Below are positions 51,764-61,763 of a stretch of 64,000 nt of DNA, in pieces. Origin of the DNA: Limisphaerales bacterium. Lineage in GTDB: Bacteria; Verrucomicrobiota; Verrucomicrobiia; Limisphaerales; JAJOIW01. Under the pieces are notes generated by a model. It searched no databases and was not told where the DNA came from. It saw nothing but the letters and a program-made list of their open reading frames with translations. Positions within the stretch are counted from its first letter, which is position 1. Each line of letters opens with the position of its first letter. The position numbers and the translations under genes were made by a program. The DNA is taken from assembly GCA_965657355.1 (NCBI GenBank), contig CBFHOE010000002.1, positions 160,001 through 224,000 on the forward strand. Direction: 5' to 3'.

Positions 51764-52807
51764 CTATTTGACGAGGTAAGCGGGATATGCATCCAGATCG
51801 CCACGGAGATGACGAGCGAGAAGTCTAGCCTGAATGTGAGGCAGCAATCCGATGGTGATTTTCTCCTGAAGAAACGGATGCACGATCTCGGTTTGCTTCC
51901 GCTCCTGCCAGTGTTGAAGAACCGTTTTCCTCGAATCCTCCTTAAGCAATACCGCTCCGTTCTGCTTTTCCTCGAAATCCTCTTCTCTGATCTGCTTTCT
52001 GTTGATTAAGGTCAATGTGGCTCGATCGGCCAATACTGGGCGTAGTTCCTCCATTAAATCCAGCGCCAGTGAAGGGCGGCCGGGGCGGTCTCGATGCAGG
52101 ATTCCACACTGCGGATCCAGACCCACTGATTCGGCAGCGGAGCGGCAGTCATGAGCAAGCAAAGCATAGTGAAATGACAGGAGCGCATTCACAGGATCAA
52201 GCGGTGGACGGCGTGTGCGCCCCTTTAACTGAAGCTTTCCTGGTTCACTCAAGGTTATCACTTGATTGAACACGGCGAAGTAAGCGACCGCCGAGTCGCC
52301 TTCGATTCCCCGAATGGAATCGAGTGTAGTTGCTTGTCGAAGGAGAGGGATGCGCACACCGAGAAAATTGGACACACGCCATAGTTCTGATGACCGTTCT
52401 GGGGCCTTTTCCCCGTGGTCACGAGCAGCGCGCTGCAATAGCGATCGCGTGTTGGCGAGCTTGGCTGCGATTAGGTTTCGGGCGATGGCTACTGAGCGCT
52501 CTCTGTTGTCAGCTGCTTGATATTGGGCGCGTCGCAGAAGCACGTTTCCACTTACAGGACCATTGGCGCTAGCGAGAAATTTTCCATGAGGATTGTGGAA
52601 GCTGAAAGCCACATTCGCCTCGGCACAGGCATGCATCAAGGACGCCGAGGCGATGATATCCCATCCGAAACAGACGATACCGTCGAGATTGTGGAGCGGC
52701 ACGCGAAGTTTAGTCACGCTTTCATGACGGATCTCGACAGCGGCTCCATCCTTACGCAGATACGCACCTTCCAGTGTGATGAACAAAGTGTTAAGGTGTG
52801 TTTTCAT
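51764..52807 (-). CDS. cas1: Cas1, subtype I-C
   Basis: LNTLFIT, GNVLLRRAQY, RGIEG, RTRRPPLDPVNALLSF, HRDRPGRPSLALDLMEE. Confidence 0.97.
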   Translation of the reverse strand: MKTHLNTLFITLEGAYLRKDGAAVEIRHESVTKLRVPLHNLDGIVCFGWDIIASASLMHACAEANVAFSFHNPHGKFLASANGPVSGNVLLRRAQYQAADNRERSVAIARNLIAAKLANTRSLLQRAARDHGEKAPERSSELWRVSNFLGVRIPLLRQATTLDSIRGIEGDSAVAYFAVFNQVITLSEPGKLQLKGRTRRPPLDPVNALLSFHYALLAHDCRSAAESVGLDPQCGILHRDRPGRPSLALDLMEELRPVLADRATLTLINRKQIREEDFEEKQNGAVLLKEDSRKTVLQHWQERKQTEIVHPFLQEKITIGLLPHIQARLLARHLRGDLDAYPAYLVK

Positions 52808-52830
52808 TCGCTCGACGCTCCTGAGAAGGT

Positions 52831-53457
52831 CTAGTGTTCGATCTCCAATGCGGCGTCAAACCATGCTGCTGCGCCGCGTTTCAACCGGAACGCATGTGGT
52901 TGACAAAGATCGATCAACGAACAATTATCGCACTTACGTTTCTCATAAACGGCGGGTGGTGTTATTTCTGACAAGACGAGCTCGCGCAACCAGTGTGCGG
53001 TTTCCCCTGTCAATCTGCGCAATTCATCATCCAGCAATACCACCGTTCTTCGTTTGCGCTGGCCATAAAAGAGAAATGATTCGCTGATTTTTATACTCAA
53101 CATTTCTTCAAGACAAATCGCCTGGGCGCAGAGTTGTACTTCATCTGCACGGTGCGATTTTGGTTTGCCGCGTTTGTATTCCAACGGAATCACCCGTCCG
53201 TCCGAATGAAACTCCACGATATCACACTGCCCCGCGATGCCCAGCCGGCGTGACACCACAGGTAGCGTGTGTGTGATTTGCACGCACGATCGCGATTCGT
53301 CATCGCTGTCATGCGCTTTGTGATGAATAACCTTGCCTTCAGCTGTGAAACGGTTATCCGCCCACGCCTGTTCGATGTGAATCAACGCTGTCTGACGAGG
53401 GCAAAACAGGTAGTGCTGCAGCGCGGAAATTGGCAGAAGTTCTTCGTCAGTGAACAC
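52831..53457 (-). CDS. cas4: Cas4
   Basis: ISALQHY.FCPRQ, CDIVE, EYKRG, QLCAQA.CLEEM, C..CS...C Fe-S ligands. Confidence 0.96.
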   Translation of the reverse strand: MFTDEELLPISALQHYLFCPRQTALIHIEQAWADNRFTAEGKVIHHKAHDSDDESRSCVQITHTLPVVSRRLGIAGQCDIVEFHSDGRVIPLEYKRGKPKSHRADEVQLCAQAICLEEMLSIKISESFLFYGQRKRRTVVLLDDELRRLTGETAHWLRELVLSEITPPAVYEKRKCDNCSLIDLCQPHAFRLKRGAAAWFDAALEIEH

Positions 53458-53466
53458 AATACGAGT

Positions 53467-54318
53467 TCAAATTCGTTCGATAACTTTGACGCCTTCGGGG
53501 ATAGCGTTTTCATCGATGGTGACTTCATAATCATTGAAGGACCGTGGAATCTCAACGTCTTTCTTTTTCTTCACGGTGACGGCTTCGAAGAGTTTGTTGG
53601 AATGAATTTTTCCGAGTTCGTTGTCGTGCTTGAAGACGATGAGTTTGCGAGCGTTCATGCTACCTGCGGGACGGGCAGCAGACTGGTCGAACTGGAAGGC
53701 GTTTTCTAGTGCCTTGAAAAGGAGTTCTAAATCCTCATCGCTAAAACCGGTTTTTTTTGCGAGGAATGGATTTACAAATCCTTGGGCTTTGTAGAGTCCG
53801 TATGGGACGGTGAACTTGCGCCCCATGGTGCGCTCTTTCTCCTTGTCCTTTTCATTAGTGACTGAGGAACGGGTGATGGCGTGTTCGCTTGAAACGATTG
53901 GGTCGATAGAGCGGGCAAAAGAAAGCTGAACCGGACCGCGGACTTGGCCACAATTGATTTCGGTAGACATGACAGCTCCGAATGCTCGGATGTCAAAGTA
54001 GTGCTCGCACATCCATGCAGTGGCTTTGTCTTTCACCTCGGGTTTAACTTTTTTCTCTGGTTTCTCGCCAATAGCTTCGTAGGCGGATTTGTGCTGGTTG
54101 TTGAGTACTGCACCTTCGGAAAAGTATATGCGTCTGGTGTCGTCGCCGTTGGCGGTCATTGCGATGAAGTTGCGGACCTTGCGCTTGAGGCAGACGTCGG
54201 TGACGAGGCCTTGGCCTGATTCCACGTCGAGACGCGGAAGGTTTCCGGCATCAGGATCCCCATTGGGATTGGCATCCTGGCAGTCAAAGAGGAAGAGGAA
54301 GTCGCAGCGGTTGTTCAT
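53467..54318 (-). CDS. cas7: Cas7/Csd2, subtype I-C
   Basis: NPNGDPDAGNLPR.D, TDVCLKRKVRN, DIRAFGAVM, GQVRGPVQ, TMGRK. Confidence 0.96.
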   Translation of the reverse strand: MNNRCDFLFLFDCQDANPNGDPDAGNLPRLDVESGQGLVTDVCLKRKVRNFIAMTANGDDTRRIYFSEGAVLNNQHKSAYEAIGEKPEKKVKPEVKDKATAWMCEHYFDIRAFGAVMSTEINCGQVRGPVQLSFARSIDPIVSSEHAITRSSVTNEKDKEKERTMGRKFTVPYGLYKAQGFVNPFLAKKTGFSDEDLELLFKALENAFQFDQSAARPAGSMNARKLIVFKHDNELGKIHSNKLFEAVTVKKKKDVEIPRSFNDYEVTIDENAIPEGVKVIERI

Positions 54319-54368
54319 AGGTATTGATTCTTCGTGTTTAGATTTTTGTGAATAAGTTTAGGATCGGT

Positions 54369-56150
54369 TCAGTCATGAGATTCGGTGTTTTCCGTCGTGG
54401 TGACGTCAACAGCTTTCTTGGTGAAGAGGTCTTTCCGCTGATGGTAGTACCCGATGGCGAAGAGACCTTGCTTCCGTAGATTGAGCTGGCTGGGAAAATC
54501 TTGAATGGGCTCTAGGATTTCCTGAATCAGCTGCTCGCGACGGATTTTTTGCCCAATACTGATTTTGCCTAGATGGTGTTGGTAGGTGCGCAGCAGTCTT
54601 GGGAAGACGCTGGCGGGTGTCGCTGAGGCCGAGCCGTAGAAGCGGTCACGGATTCCGGCATTCACAGAGCCTAGTGCATCTTCTTGTGTTTTCTCTAGGG
54701 CTGCGAAGAGGCGCCCGAGTCGATAGGCGGTATCTGTCTTGGTTGAGTCTAGCATGATCGGTATTTGTTTTTTGTGATTTCGTATCAGGACCGCCTTGAT
54801 GGTGGCTACCCGTATGTAATGGATCTCGCGGTCGGCATGTATCCGGCGGATAATCGCCGAAAGAAGCGCTTCTGGATAGGAGATACCCTCTATTATGGAA
54901 CGAGTGAGTGCGCCACCGAGCAGCGGAGGAATCTCATCTGAAACACGGGCTGTCTCACGAAGGATCTGCCATACAGCGGGAAACTCCGGATCGGCGTGGC
55001 GCTTTCCTCTGGGCAGGGTGAATTCCTGGACAATCTGCATGGCCTGATGGTGGGTGTGAAGCTTGGTTAGTAGTTCCTGAACCGTGGACCGATGAAAGAA
55101 TCGAATCGAGAGCCGAGCTGCATTGGGGGCCAATCCGAGTATGTAGAATGGTGTCTCCAATTCATCGCCGAAGTCCTGAAAGTGACCCCCGTCGCGGATC
55201 GCTTTGAGGATGCGTTCAATCGTGAAACGCTCCTTCTCGCTCTGGACTTCCTCTAAGGCATTGGAGCCGCTGCCGATCAGATCAGCGAAAACATTTTCAA
55301 CTTTGGTCGACTTTTCGGTCCAGAAGACAGCGGTAGTGTCGCCGATTCGCAAACGGTGCTTGGTAGACTTCGGGCCGGTGAGCAGTGAATTGAGAGTGGT
55401 TCCGTATTGAAAGGCGGCTTTTTCACAGACGGGGCTGTTGAAGCTTTGCGTCTTGCCGAAAGATTCGTAAGCGGTGTCGCTGAACGAAACAATCGATGCA
55501 CCAGAAGACTGAGCGTCCGCCACCCCTTTAATCTTTGGATGCAGTCGAGCGATCGGAGCGGTTTCACCCGTTATCAGGCACTGAGCCACGTCCACGACTT
55601 TGACGCTGTCGCTCGATTGCTGGAGATTCCACCAATCCAGAATTTCGCGTTGTTCATGGACGTGCAGGCGTTCTCCTTGAATTTGAAACACTCCAAACCC
55701 CGTTCCGACTTCGTTGAGCAGCGGAAACTCATCAATACAGGAAGTATTCCAAGACTCCAGAAAACGGCAGACTGCTGAAAATTGAGGATTGTTGATTTCC
55801 TTTTCCACTTTCAAATGCTTGTCGCGAAATGCGTCGAATCGTTCCTGCCCAAAACCATCACGCTTGCCTTCTGGCTGGCGCCCCAATAGGTATGTCTGGT
55901 TGTCCCAGAGGAGGCATGGGTTGATGCCAGATCCAGAAGGTTTTGCTTCACCTGGCACCAGCATAGGCGTGGTCATGATTTTGCCTTTGTCGTTCGGTGT
56001 TCGCGCATCCTCAATGGCGAAGAGTTCTCCATCTAGATTGAGTACGATGCGGAAGCTAATTTTCTGGGGTGAGAAGCCAGGAGGTGCGATCTCGTAGTCG
56101 GGATCAGCGGCGAGGCGCGAGTAGAGATCGTTAAGGGATTGAAGGATCAT
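54369..56150 (-). CDS. cas8c: Cas8c/Csd1
   Basis: MILQSL..LY, CLITGE, ARLHPKIKGV, AYESFGK.Q, ILGLAPNAARLSIRF, YRLGRLFA.LEK.Q, FAIGYYHQ. Confidence 0.96.
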   Translation of the reverse strand: MILQSLNDLYSRLAADPDYEIAPPGFSPQKISFRIVLNLDGELFAIEDARTPNDKGKIMTTPMLVPGEAKPSGSGINPCLLWDNQTYLLGRQPEGKRDGFGQERFDAFRDKHLKVEKEINNPQFSAVCRFLESWNTSCIDEFPLLNEVGTGFGVFQIQGERLHVHEQREILDWWNLQQSSDSVKVVDVAQCLITGETAPIARLHPKIKGVADAQSSGASIVSFSDTAYESFGKTQSFNSPVCEKAAFQYGTTLNSLLTGPKSTKHRLRIGDTTAVFWTEKSTKVENVFADLIGSGSNALEEVQSEKERFTIERILKAIRDGGHFQDFGDELETPFYILGLAPNAARLSIRFFHRSTVQELLTKLHTHHQAMQIVQEFTLPRGKRHADPEFPAVWQILRETARVSDEIPPLLGGALTRSIIEGISYPEALLSAIIRRIHADREIHYIRVATIKAVLIRNHKKQIPIMLDSTKTDTAYRLGRLFAALEKTQEDALGSVNAGIRDRFYGSASATPASVFPRLLRTYQHHLGKISIGQKIRREQLIQEILEPIQDFPSQLNLRKQGLFAIGYYHQRKDLFTKKAVDVTTTENTESHD

Positions 56151-56152
56151 GA

Positions 56153-56872
56153 CTAAACGTTGAATGGGAGCTCTGGAATCCGGATGACACCGTGTTCCAT
56201 AACAGCGCGGAAGAAGTGAGGTGTAGTTCTTCTCACCTTCTTGTTGGCGTGGTCCTGATCGAACTGGATGTCATGTAGCATGAAGCCGAGATCTTTTTCA
56301 TCCGGAAAATCCTCGGGCGGGCGCGGAACATCCGCCTCGTCTTCAATGAGTTTGAAATCAACCGGGAATTCCCGACAACCGAAGTAAGGTTTATGAAATG
56401 ACTGTCCTTTTCGTGCTCGCCTTTTGAACATCTCCAAATGCTTGCCAACGGCTTCGTGCTCAGGCAATTCCGGGCCGCCTTTGTCGAGGCACCGATCCAA
56501 AATGACCAAATGCGCCTTGATCAAATAGGCCACGTCCTTGAGGAGCAGCGAGGCACGCTGCTGGCGGCGGCTGGTCACATCCATACCGGGTATGACGGAG
56601 GCGTTTTTCATGGCTGCGCTGACACCGGTCTTTCCTTTTACGGGTATCTTGGAGTCAATCTCGTTGCGTCGAATGTTGGTAAAGCGGATGGGTTTGAGGA
56701 CATGGATCTCGTCGACGATCCATCTGATCTGTGGCTTCCAGTAGATGGCCTCAAGAATGCCTCGTGCGGCTGACGGGGTCATGACGTCGTAAGAGACGCG
56801 TTCCACTTTCATCTCAGGGCGACTGAAGAGCGCATAGTCGCCACTGGTTTCGAGAGTAATTCCGTAGTTCAT
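56153..56872 (-). CDS. cas5: Cas5c (Cas5d), subtype I-C
   Basis: [56 protein letters not shown]. Confidence 0.97.
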   Translation of the reverse strand: MNYGITLETSGDYALFSRPEMKVERVSYDVMTPSAARGILEAIYWKPQIRWIVDEIHVLKPIRFTNIRRNEIDSKIPVKGKTGVSAAMKNASVIPGMDVTSRRQQRASLLLKDVAYLIKAHLVILDRCLDKGGPELPEHEAVGKHLEMFKRRARKGQSFHKPYFGCREFPVDFKLIEDEADVPRPPEDFPDEKDLGFMLHDIQFDQDHANKKVRRTTPHFFRAVMEHGVIRIPELPFNV

Positions 56873-57141
56873 GGCCCCTTGTTGGTAATATTTTTTTATG
56901 GTATGAAGTATCTAAAAAATCAAGTTAAAATTAAACATCCTTTGGCTAGTAGATCGCGATCCTTACAGAAAGAGTCCCTTGGAATGAAGAGTCAACAAAC
57001 CTTCCCGTACGATTAGGGGGTTTGTTGAACATACACTTAGCGCAAACACCAAGCCTTTTGCTCCGTTTTCCTTATTAGCGTTGCTTGTTATTCAGAATCG
57101 GAGCAATCCCGCTGCGGGCTGAAAATAGTAATGACACCTTT

Positions 57142-59508
57142 TCACCAAACACCAAGAATTTGAGAACTTTGATGTTTGTCATCAAAGGATACCCCGTAAT
57201 TGGGCGAGTAGTGTAGTTCTGGCGAAACTAGAACGTGAAATTGATCATCCCTAAGTATTTCAAATGCGGTTTGGTTTTCCGCAAACAAGGGGATCGGAAT
57301 CTGAACGGTGTAGCGCTGGAGCCCTCTAAACAGTCTGCGGTGCAAGGGGACTGTTTCGTTACGAAGCTGACCGATCAGTTGTCTGGAATTTTCATCAAAG
57401 GGAATGATGACCGGCATCTGATAATCGTTCTCGATCAGGCGAAACTCGGAGGCTGCCTTCTTGAAATCGAAATGAAATGGAAACTCAGCGTCGTATGCAT
57501 CAACCCGGAAGCAGTCCATGATGCCTTTATTGTCCCATTTCGAGGCTTTGCCTTGTTGGTGGTAGTAGAGTTCGAAGTAGCAGCGGATGGCGTCCTCGCC
57601 AAGTAGGTCTTCATGTAAATCGATAACCTGTGCTGCAATCTGTGCGGTTAGTCGGAAATAGGCTTCTTCTTCCTGATGCTCGGGTTTGAAAATGTAAGTC
57701 GTTCCCGGTTCGGTCAGCCGACCATCGCGGTTGCAGCGTCCTGCTGCCTGAGCTATGGAGTCAAGGCCGGCCAGTGCGCGAAAGACAACCGGGAAATCGA
57801 CATCCACGCCGGCCTCAACGAGTTGGGTCGAGATCACTCGGGTCGGGAGACCGTCTTTGAGACGTTGTTTGATAGCTTTCAGAATTTCGCTGCGATGTTC
57901 CGGACACATCAGCGCGGAGAGGTGGTAGTTGGACTCGTTCTCACCCAACAGATTGAAAAGCTGGAAGGCGTGTTGGCGACGGTTGACCACACATAGGGAT
58001 TGTGGCTGCTCCGAGATTTCGCGGATTAAATCTGCGTCGGAGATCGTGCCTTTGTTTTCTATCTTCACACGTTCCAAAGCGGCGAAAAGCGTTGCTTTGT
58101 CACGTATGATCTCGGTGCATTGTTTGAATCCAATCGGGAAGAACTGTTCGTCATATATGATGGCGGGTTGAGTTGCTGTGCAGAGGACGACAGTGGCTCC
58201 ATAGTTTTCGGTCAACTCGCGAAGAGCTGACAGGCAGGGATTGAGAAGATTGACTGGCAGCGATTGAGCCTCATCCAAAACAATCACGGAACGAGCGACG
58301 TTATGCAGTTTGCGGGCCTTGGAAGTCTTGCATGAGAACAGGGATTCGTAGAGCTGAACGGCAGTTGTAACGATGAGAGGTGCATCCCAATTTTCAGTCG
58401 CCAAGCGGGACCTAGTGGTTTCCTTTTCCGGCGACAGGGACGAATGGTGTTCGAGGACGGGAGAGAAATCAGGTGTTTCGAGTGATTGGAAAACTTCGCG
58501 ATATACCTCAGCATTCTGCTCAATAATTGAGGTAAACGGCGCCACGTATATGATACGTTGAAGATCGTATTTCACTGCGTGGCGCAGCGCGAAGGAAAGC
58601 GAGGACAAAGTCTTGCCGCCTCCTGTGGGGACGGTGAGCGTGAAAAGCCCGGGGGCGGATTCGGCTGAAGCACGGCAGTCGGTCAGAACATCGGCGCGAT
58701 TGCGATTGACCGGAGTATCAATGGCTTTTTTTGTTAATGAATCCAGATGATAATCTAGACATTTCAACATCCGCTGTAAAATTTTCTGAGGCACGTCTGA
58801 GCGCTGATGAGCCTGTTTCGGATTCATGAACTTCTCAGTCGCGAGAAAGTCAGCGTCACAAAGGCAGGAGAATAGCATTCGGGTAAAAAATCCGATGGAA
58901 AAGCCTGCGGACGTTGGATTCGCTAGTGCAGTCTTAATCGAGGGAGGAATCTCAGAAAGTTCATAGTTCAAAAGCTCAGCAGGAGCCTCTTCGGTTGGTT
59001 TGATAATCTTCTGCAGTCGTATTCTCTGGGAAGCTGTGTTTTCCTTCGCGTCCAAAAGACCCGAATGGTGCCCGGCGATCGGATAGGCAAGAATGTGCCC
59101 GAAGGGGGCCATTTTTTTAATTGCATGTTGTGCACCTGCTGAGGAGTGGTCCACTTTTCCGTGAACTTCTCCTTCGTGAGGTGCGCCACCTGCTTTTCTC
59201 AAAAAGCTCTGAAACTCCTTCGAGAACTTCCCCAAATCATGCCAGAGCCCGGTGAAGTATCCCCATTGATGGGCGGTTCCCCGGGTAGGGCCAACGGGGA
59301 ACATCTGGGTGGCGAATTGGGCGGTCCACCAGGCGACTTTGTTAAGGTGTCCGTGTTGTTCATCAAGCCGTTCACATCGTTTGCATTGCTTCCCCGCACA
59401 TAAAAACGCCGGTCCATCGCCTATTTTGGTAAACAATGGCTCCCATTCAGTTGTCGGCAGTGGTTTTTCCTGCCTGTCCTGCTTAGTGTGCGCATAGAAT
59501 CTGGACAT
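57142..59508 (-). CDS. cas3: Cas3 HD nuclease-helicase
   Basis: YAH, WHDLGK, IAGHHSGL, DADFL; PTGGGKT, DEAQ, TAT, QAAGRCNR. Confidence 0.97.
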   Translation of the reverse strand: MSRFYAHTKQDRQEKPLPTTEWEPLFTKIGDGPAFLCAGKQCKRCERLDEQHGHLNKVAWWTAQFATQMFPVGPTRGTAHQWGYFTGLWHDLGKFSKEFQSFLRKAGGAPHEGEVHGKVDHSSAGAQHAIKKMAPFGHILAYPIAGHHSGLLDAKENTASQRIRLQKIIKPTEEAPAELLNYELSEIPPSIKTALANPTSAGFSIGFFTRMLFSCLCDADFLATEKFMNPKQAHQRSDVPQKILQRMLKCLDYHLDSLTKKAIDTPVNRNRADVLTDCRASAESAPGLFTLTVPTGGGKTLSSLSFALRHAVKYDLQRIIYVAPFTSIIEQNAEVYREVFQSLETPDFSPVLEHHSSLSPEKETTRSRLATENWDAPLIVTTAVQLYESLFSCKTSKARKLHNVARSVIVLDEAQSLPVNLLNPCLSALRELTENYGATVVLCTATQPAIIYDEQFFPIGFKQCTEIIRDKATLFAALERVKIENKGTISDADLIREISEQPQSLCVVNRRQHAFQLFNLLGENESNYHLSALMCPEHRSEILKAIKQRLKDGLPTRVISTQLVEAGVDVDFPVVFRALAGLDSIAQAAGRCNRDGRLTEPGTTYIFKPEHQEEEAYFRLTAQIAAQVIDLHEDLLGEDAIRCYFELYYHQQGKASKWDNKGIMDCFRVDAYDAEFPFHFDFKKAASEFRLIENDYQMPVIIPFDENSRQLIGQLRNETVPLHRRLFRGLQRYTVQIPIPLFAENQTAFEILRDDQFHVLVSPELHYSPNYGVSFDDKHQSSQILGVW

Positions 59509-60110
59509 CCTCTCGTCGCCTTTCTAGGTCTAATTATGTCGAATTACATTACAATTTTAATCACAGTCCACGCCACTGTAGACAGCATAATTAACTGTAG
59601 TTTCATGGATTATCCCAACGGAACCCAGACAACAACGAGGCTATAATTTGCTCCCTACCGTTACTACCAATACCGACCTTTCCACTGAAAGAAAGAATCT
59701 TCTGGCAGATTTTGTCACCTTCAAATGAGATACTCGAATTAAACATGTTACGGAGCAATGTCGCAAGTTTATCATTTGTAGCATCGGATCAATTTCTCAG
59801 TGGTTTCCAGCATAGAGGCTTTGAAATGACTATTTTTCAAAAGCTGGCAGATGAGTCAGAATATAGCATAGGTAATAAGCGGTTCGCTGATGAAAGAGGA
59901 GTGCGTGATGTGGAATAGGAACAGAATACCTATCCTAAAGATGCATCTACCAAGTTGAATTAGTGGTGCTCAAGGATTTAGCCGAGCCTCAAGCGACAGA
60001 TGAGGGCAAGTGGCTGGAGCTAAAAAGCTAATCAATGAAATTTCCAAAGCTAACCAAGATGTGTAGATTATTAATTCGTAATTGATACATCTATAGGCAT
60101 GCATTTTTCT

Positions 60111-60512
60111 TCATTGAGCCCACCTTAATGCCCATCCCGTTTCCTCCATTATCTGTCTGGCCCTCCTCTTTGCTGCATTGGTTAACCTGGCACTTTTCTT
60201 AAGGTTTACACTTGCAGGTAACCAGCTCAAGTTCGCCATCGAGTTCTCTAATTCAGGATAATCTGCATAAGGAAGAATGTGATCCACGTGTAACTTCTCT
60301 CCGCTGTATTTGCCTTTAGTGACTATTGGAGCTCTTCCTCTCCTTAATAGGTCTATGTTATCCTTGGTGTATATTCCATACTGTTTACCAAGTCGATACT
60401 GAGCTTCCAAGTTTACCTTTTCAGTATTTGGGGCATAAACGTGGCCTCGATTTGCGATATTCTCATCGACTAATTCTTGCAGCTCTTCGCTTACACTATC
60501 CGATCAAAATCC
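60111..60512 (-). pseudogene. 5'-truncated HNH-like (His-Me finger) protein fragment
   Basis: LHVDHILP...NL..LP..VN..KS; frame open to ~60512 but the only candidate start is an internal TTG at 60410. Confidence 0.55.
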
Positions 60513-60881
60513 GTATTTGGGCAAACTGGTGCTTTACCAATCACTACAAATATTTTTAGAGGAATATTAAGGTGTGTGACCGAAAATGAACTTTGCTGAA
60601 TATCAGCAGAGCATATGAGGGCCAAAACTCATCTGACCCTATGATCGCAACTAATAACAAAAATTATCGAGCATGTGTCATAACTTTTATTAGGTTCTGC
60701 ATTATGTTTTTCGAATCCCCCGTTTTCACTGAAATCCCACCAATTCCGACCTATTTTTCCCTTCGTCTGCAAGATCACCAATATGAAAAATTCCCAGAAT
60801 ATTCTTCACTCCATGTAGCTTAAGTCCAAAATACCCGAATTATCATTATCAGCATAATAAAACTGTCATTCCAAGAAATAG

Positions 60882-61300
60882 ATAGCGACTCCACAGGACA
60901 TCATTAAGGCGATGGTGTCTAGTCTCCATCAGCTACACATGAAGCCTCTCGGATTCCGCAAATCCGGCGACACTTGGATTCGCGCAGGCGAGCGGCCGCA
61001 GGTTATTAATGTCCAGCTTTCGAAGTGGAACTCATCCACTGAAGCGCAGCCCACCGTGAATCTCGGAATCTAGATAGAAGAGCTTCACGCCGCGTCGGAA
61101 GGACTTCCATTGAAGGGTACTCTGAAGGAATACGATTGCGCGTCCGAACCCGGATTGGACAGCTATTTCCGAGCAAGAAGGAAAAGTGGTGGCAAGTTAC
61201 GGAGACTACTGATCCAAATCAGCTTGCCGACGACGTGTTCGCCCGAATCGAGCAGTGTGGTTTTCTGTTTTTATCAGAGAATCCTGGATTGTTTTCATAA
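60882..61300 (+). pseudogene. DUF4304-like pseudogene
   Basis: KPLGFRKSG.TW.R, QVINVQLSKW, TVNLGI then TAG (61071-61073); EYDC then frameshift (~61140) to VRTRIGQL...KWW. Confidence 0.7.
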
Positions 61301-61445
61301 ACTCATCTCGCCGTTCTTCAATTTCAACTTGAGCAAAGGATGAATTTACTTTTGGGGCAAGAGCAGATGGGCCTAATCCACACTTTGTCACAGAGGTAGA
61401 ATTTTTAGTTGCGATTAGTGCAGGCGTTCTTAAATATAAAAGAAC

Positions 61446-61763
61446 GTGAAAGCAGAAATACTAAAGAGATCGTCACACGTTGTCATATTAGAAGGTCGGG
61501 TAGCGGCAGAAAAGCTGGAGGCATGTTTAAAATTATTTGCTGAAAACCGTTTAGAAGTAACCAAAAACTACGAGGGGTGCGAAGGCTGCTTTGGGTCGGT
61601 GAATCCTGAAGAGTCGTTAGTTACTATTTGGACTCAATGGCAATCACCAGAACATTTCGATAGTTATTTAAAATGGCGGACTGACAGGGGTGATTTAGCC
61701 GAGGCTTTAAGCTATTTTGACGGCGAACCCAATATAAAGAGGTCTAGTCTTTTCTTCGAATAA
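61446..61763 (+). CDS. Antibiotic biosynthesis monooxygenase-like small protein
   Basis: TKNYEGCEG, IWTQWQS.EHFDSYLKWR; 105 aa ferredoxin-like pattern; GTG start. Confidence 0.75.
   Translation: MKAEILKRSSHVVILEGRVAAEKLEACLKLFAENRLEVTKNYEGCEGCFGSVNPEESLVTIWTQWQSPEHFDSYLKWRTDRGDLAEALSYFDGEPNIKRSSLFFE

Noticed and set aside
51755..59497. Many plus-strand ORFs across the cas operon
   Set aside because: Antisense shadows of GC-richer coding sequence.
59524..59544. Partial match of the post-repeat sequence (CAATCATTAGACC) to the cas3 upstream region (TTCG-ACATAATTAGACC), suggesting autoregulation
   Set aside because: Only an 8-nt exact core, PAM-proximal mismatches, and the TTC PAM is one base out of register; the same core also occurs near 51140.
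59712..59918. 68-aa ORF upstream of cas3 as candidate regulator or anti-CRISPR
   Set aside because: TTG start and no motif; cannot be supported.
61071..61073. In-frame TAG as possible recoding
   Set aside because: The same gene has a frameshift and a decayed start, and TAG terminates other genes here.
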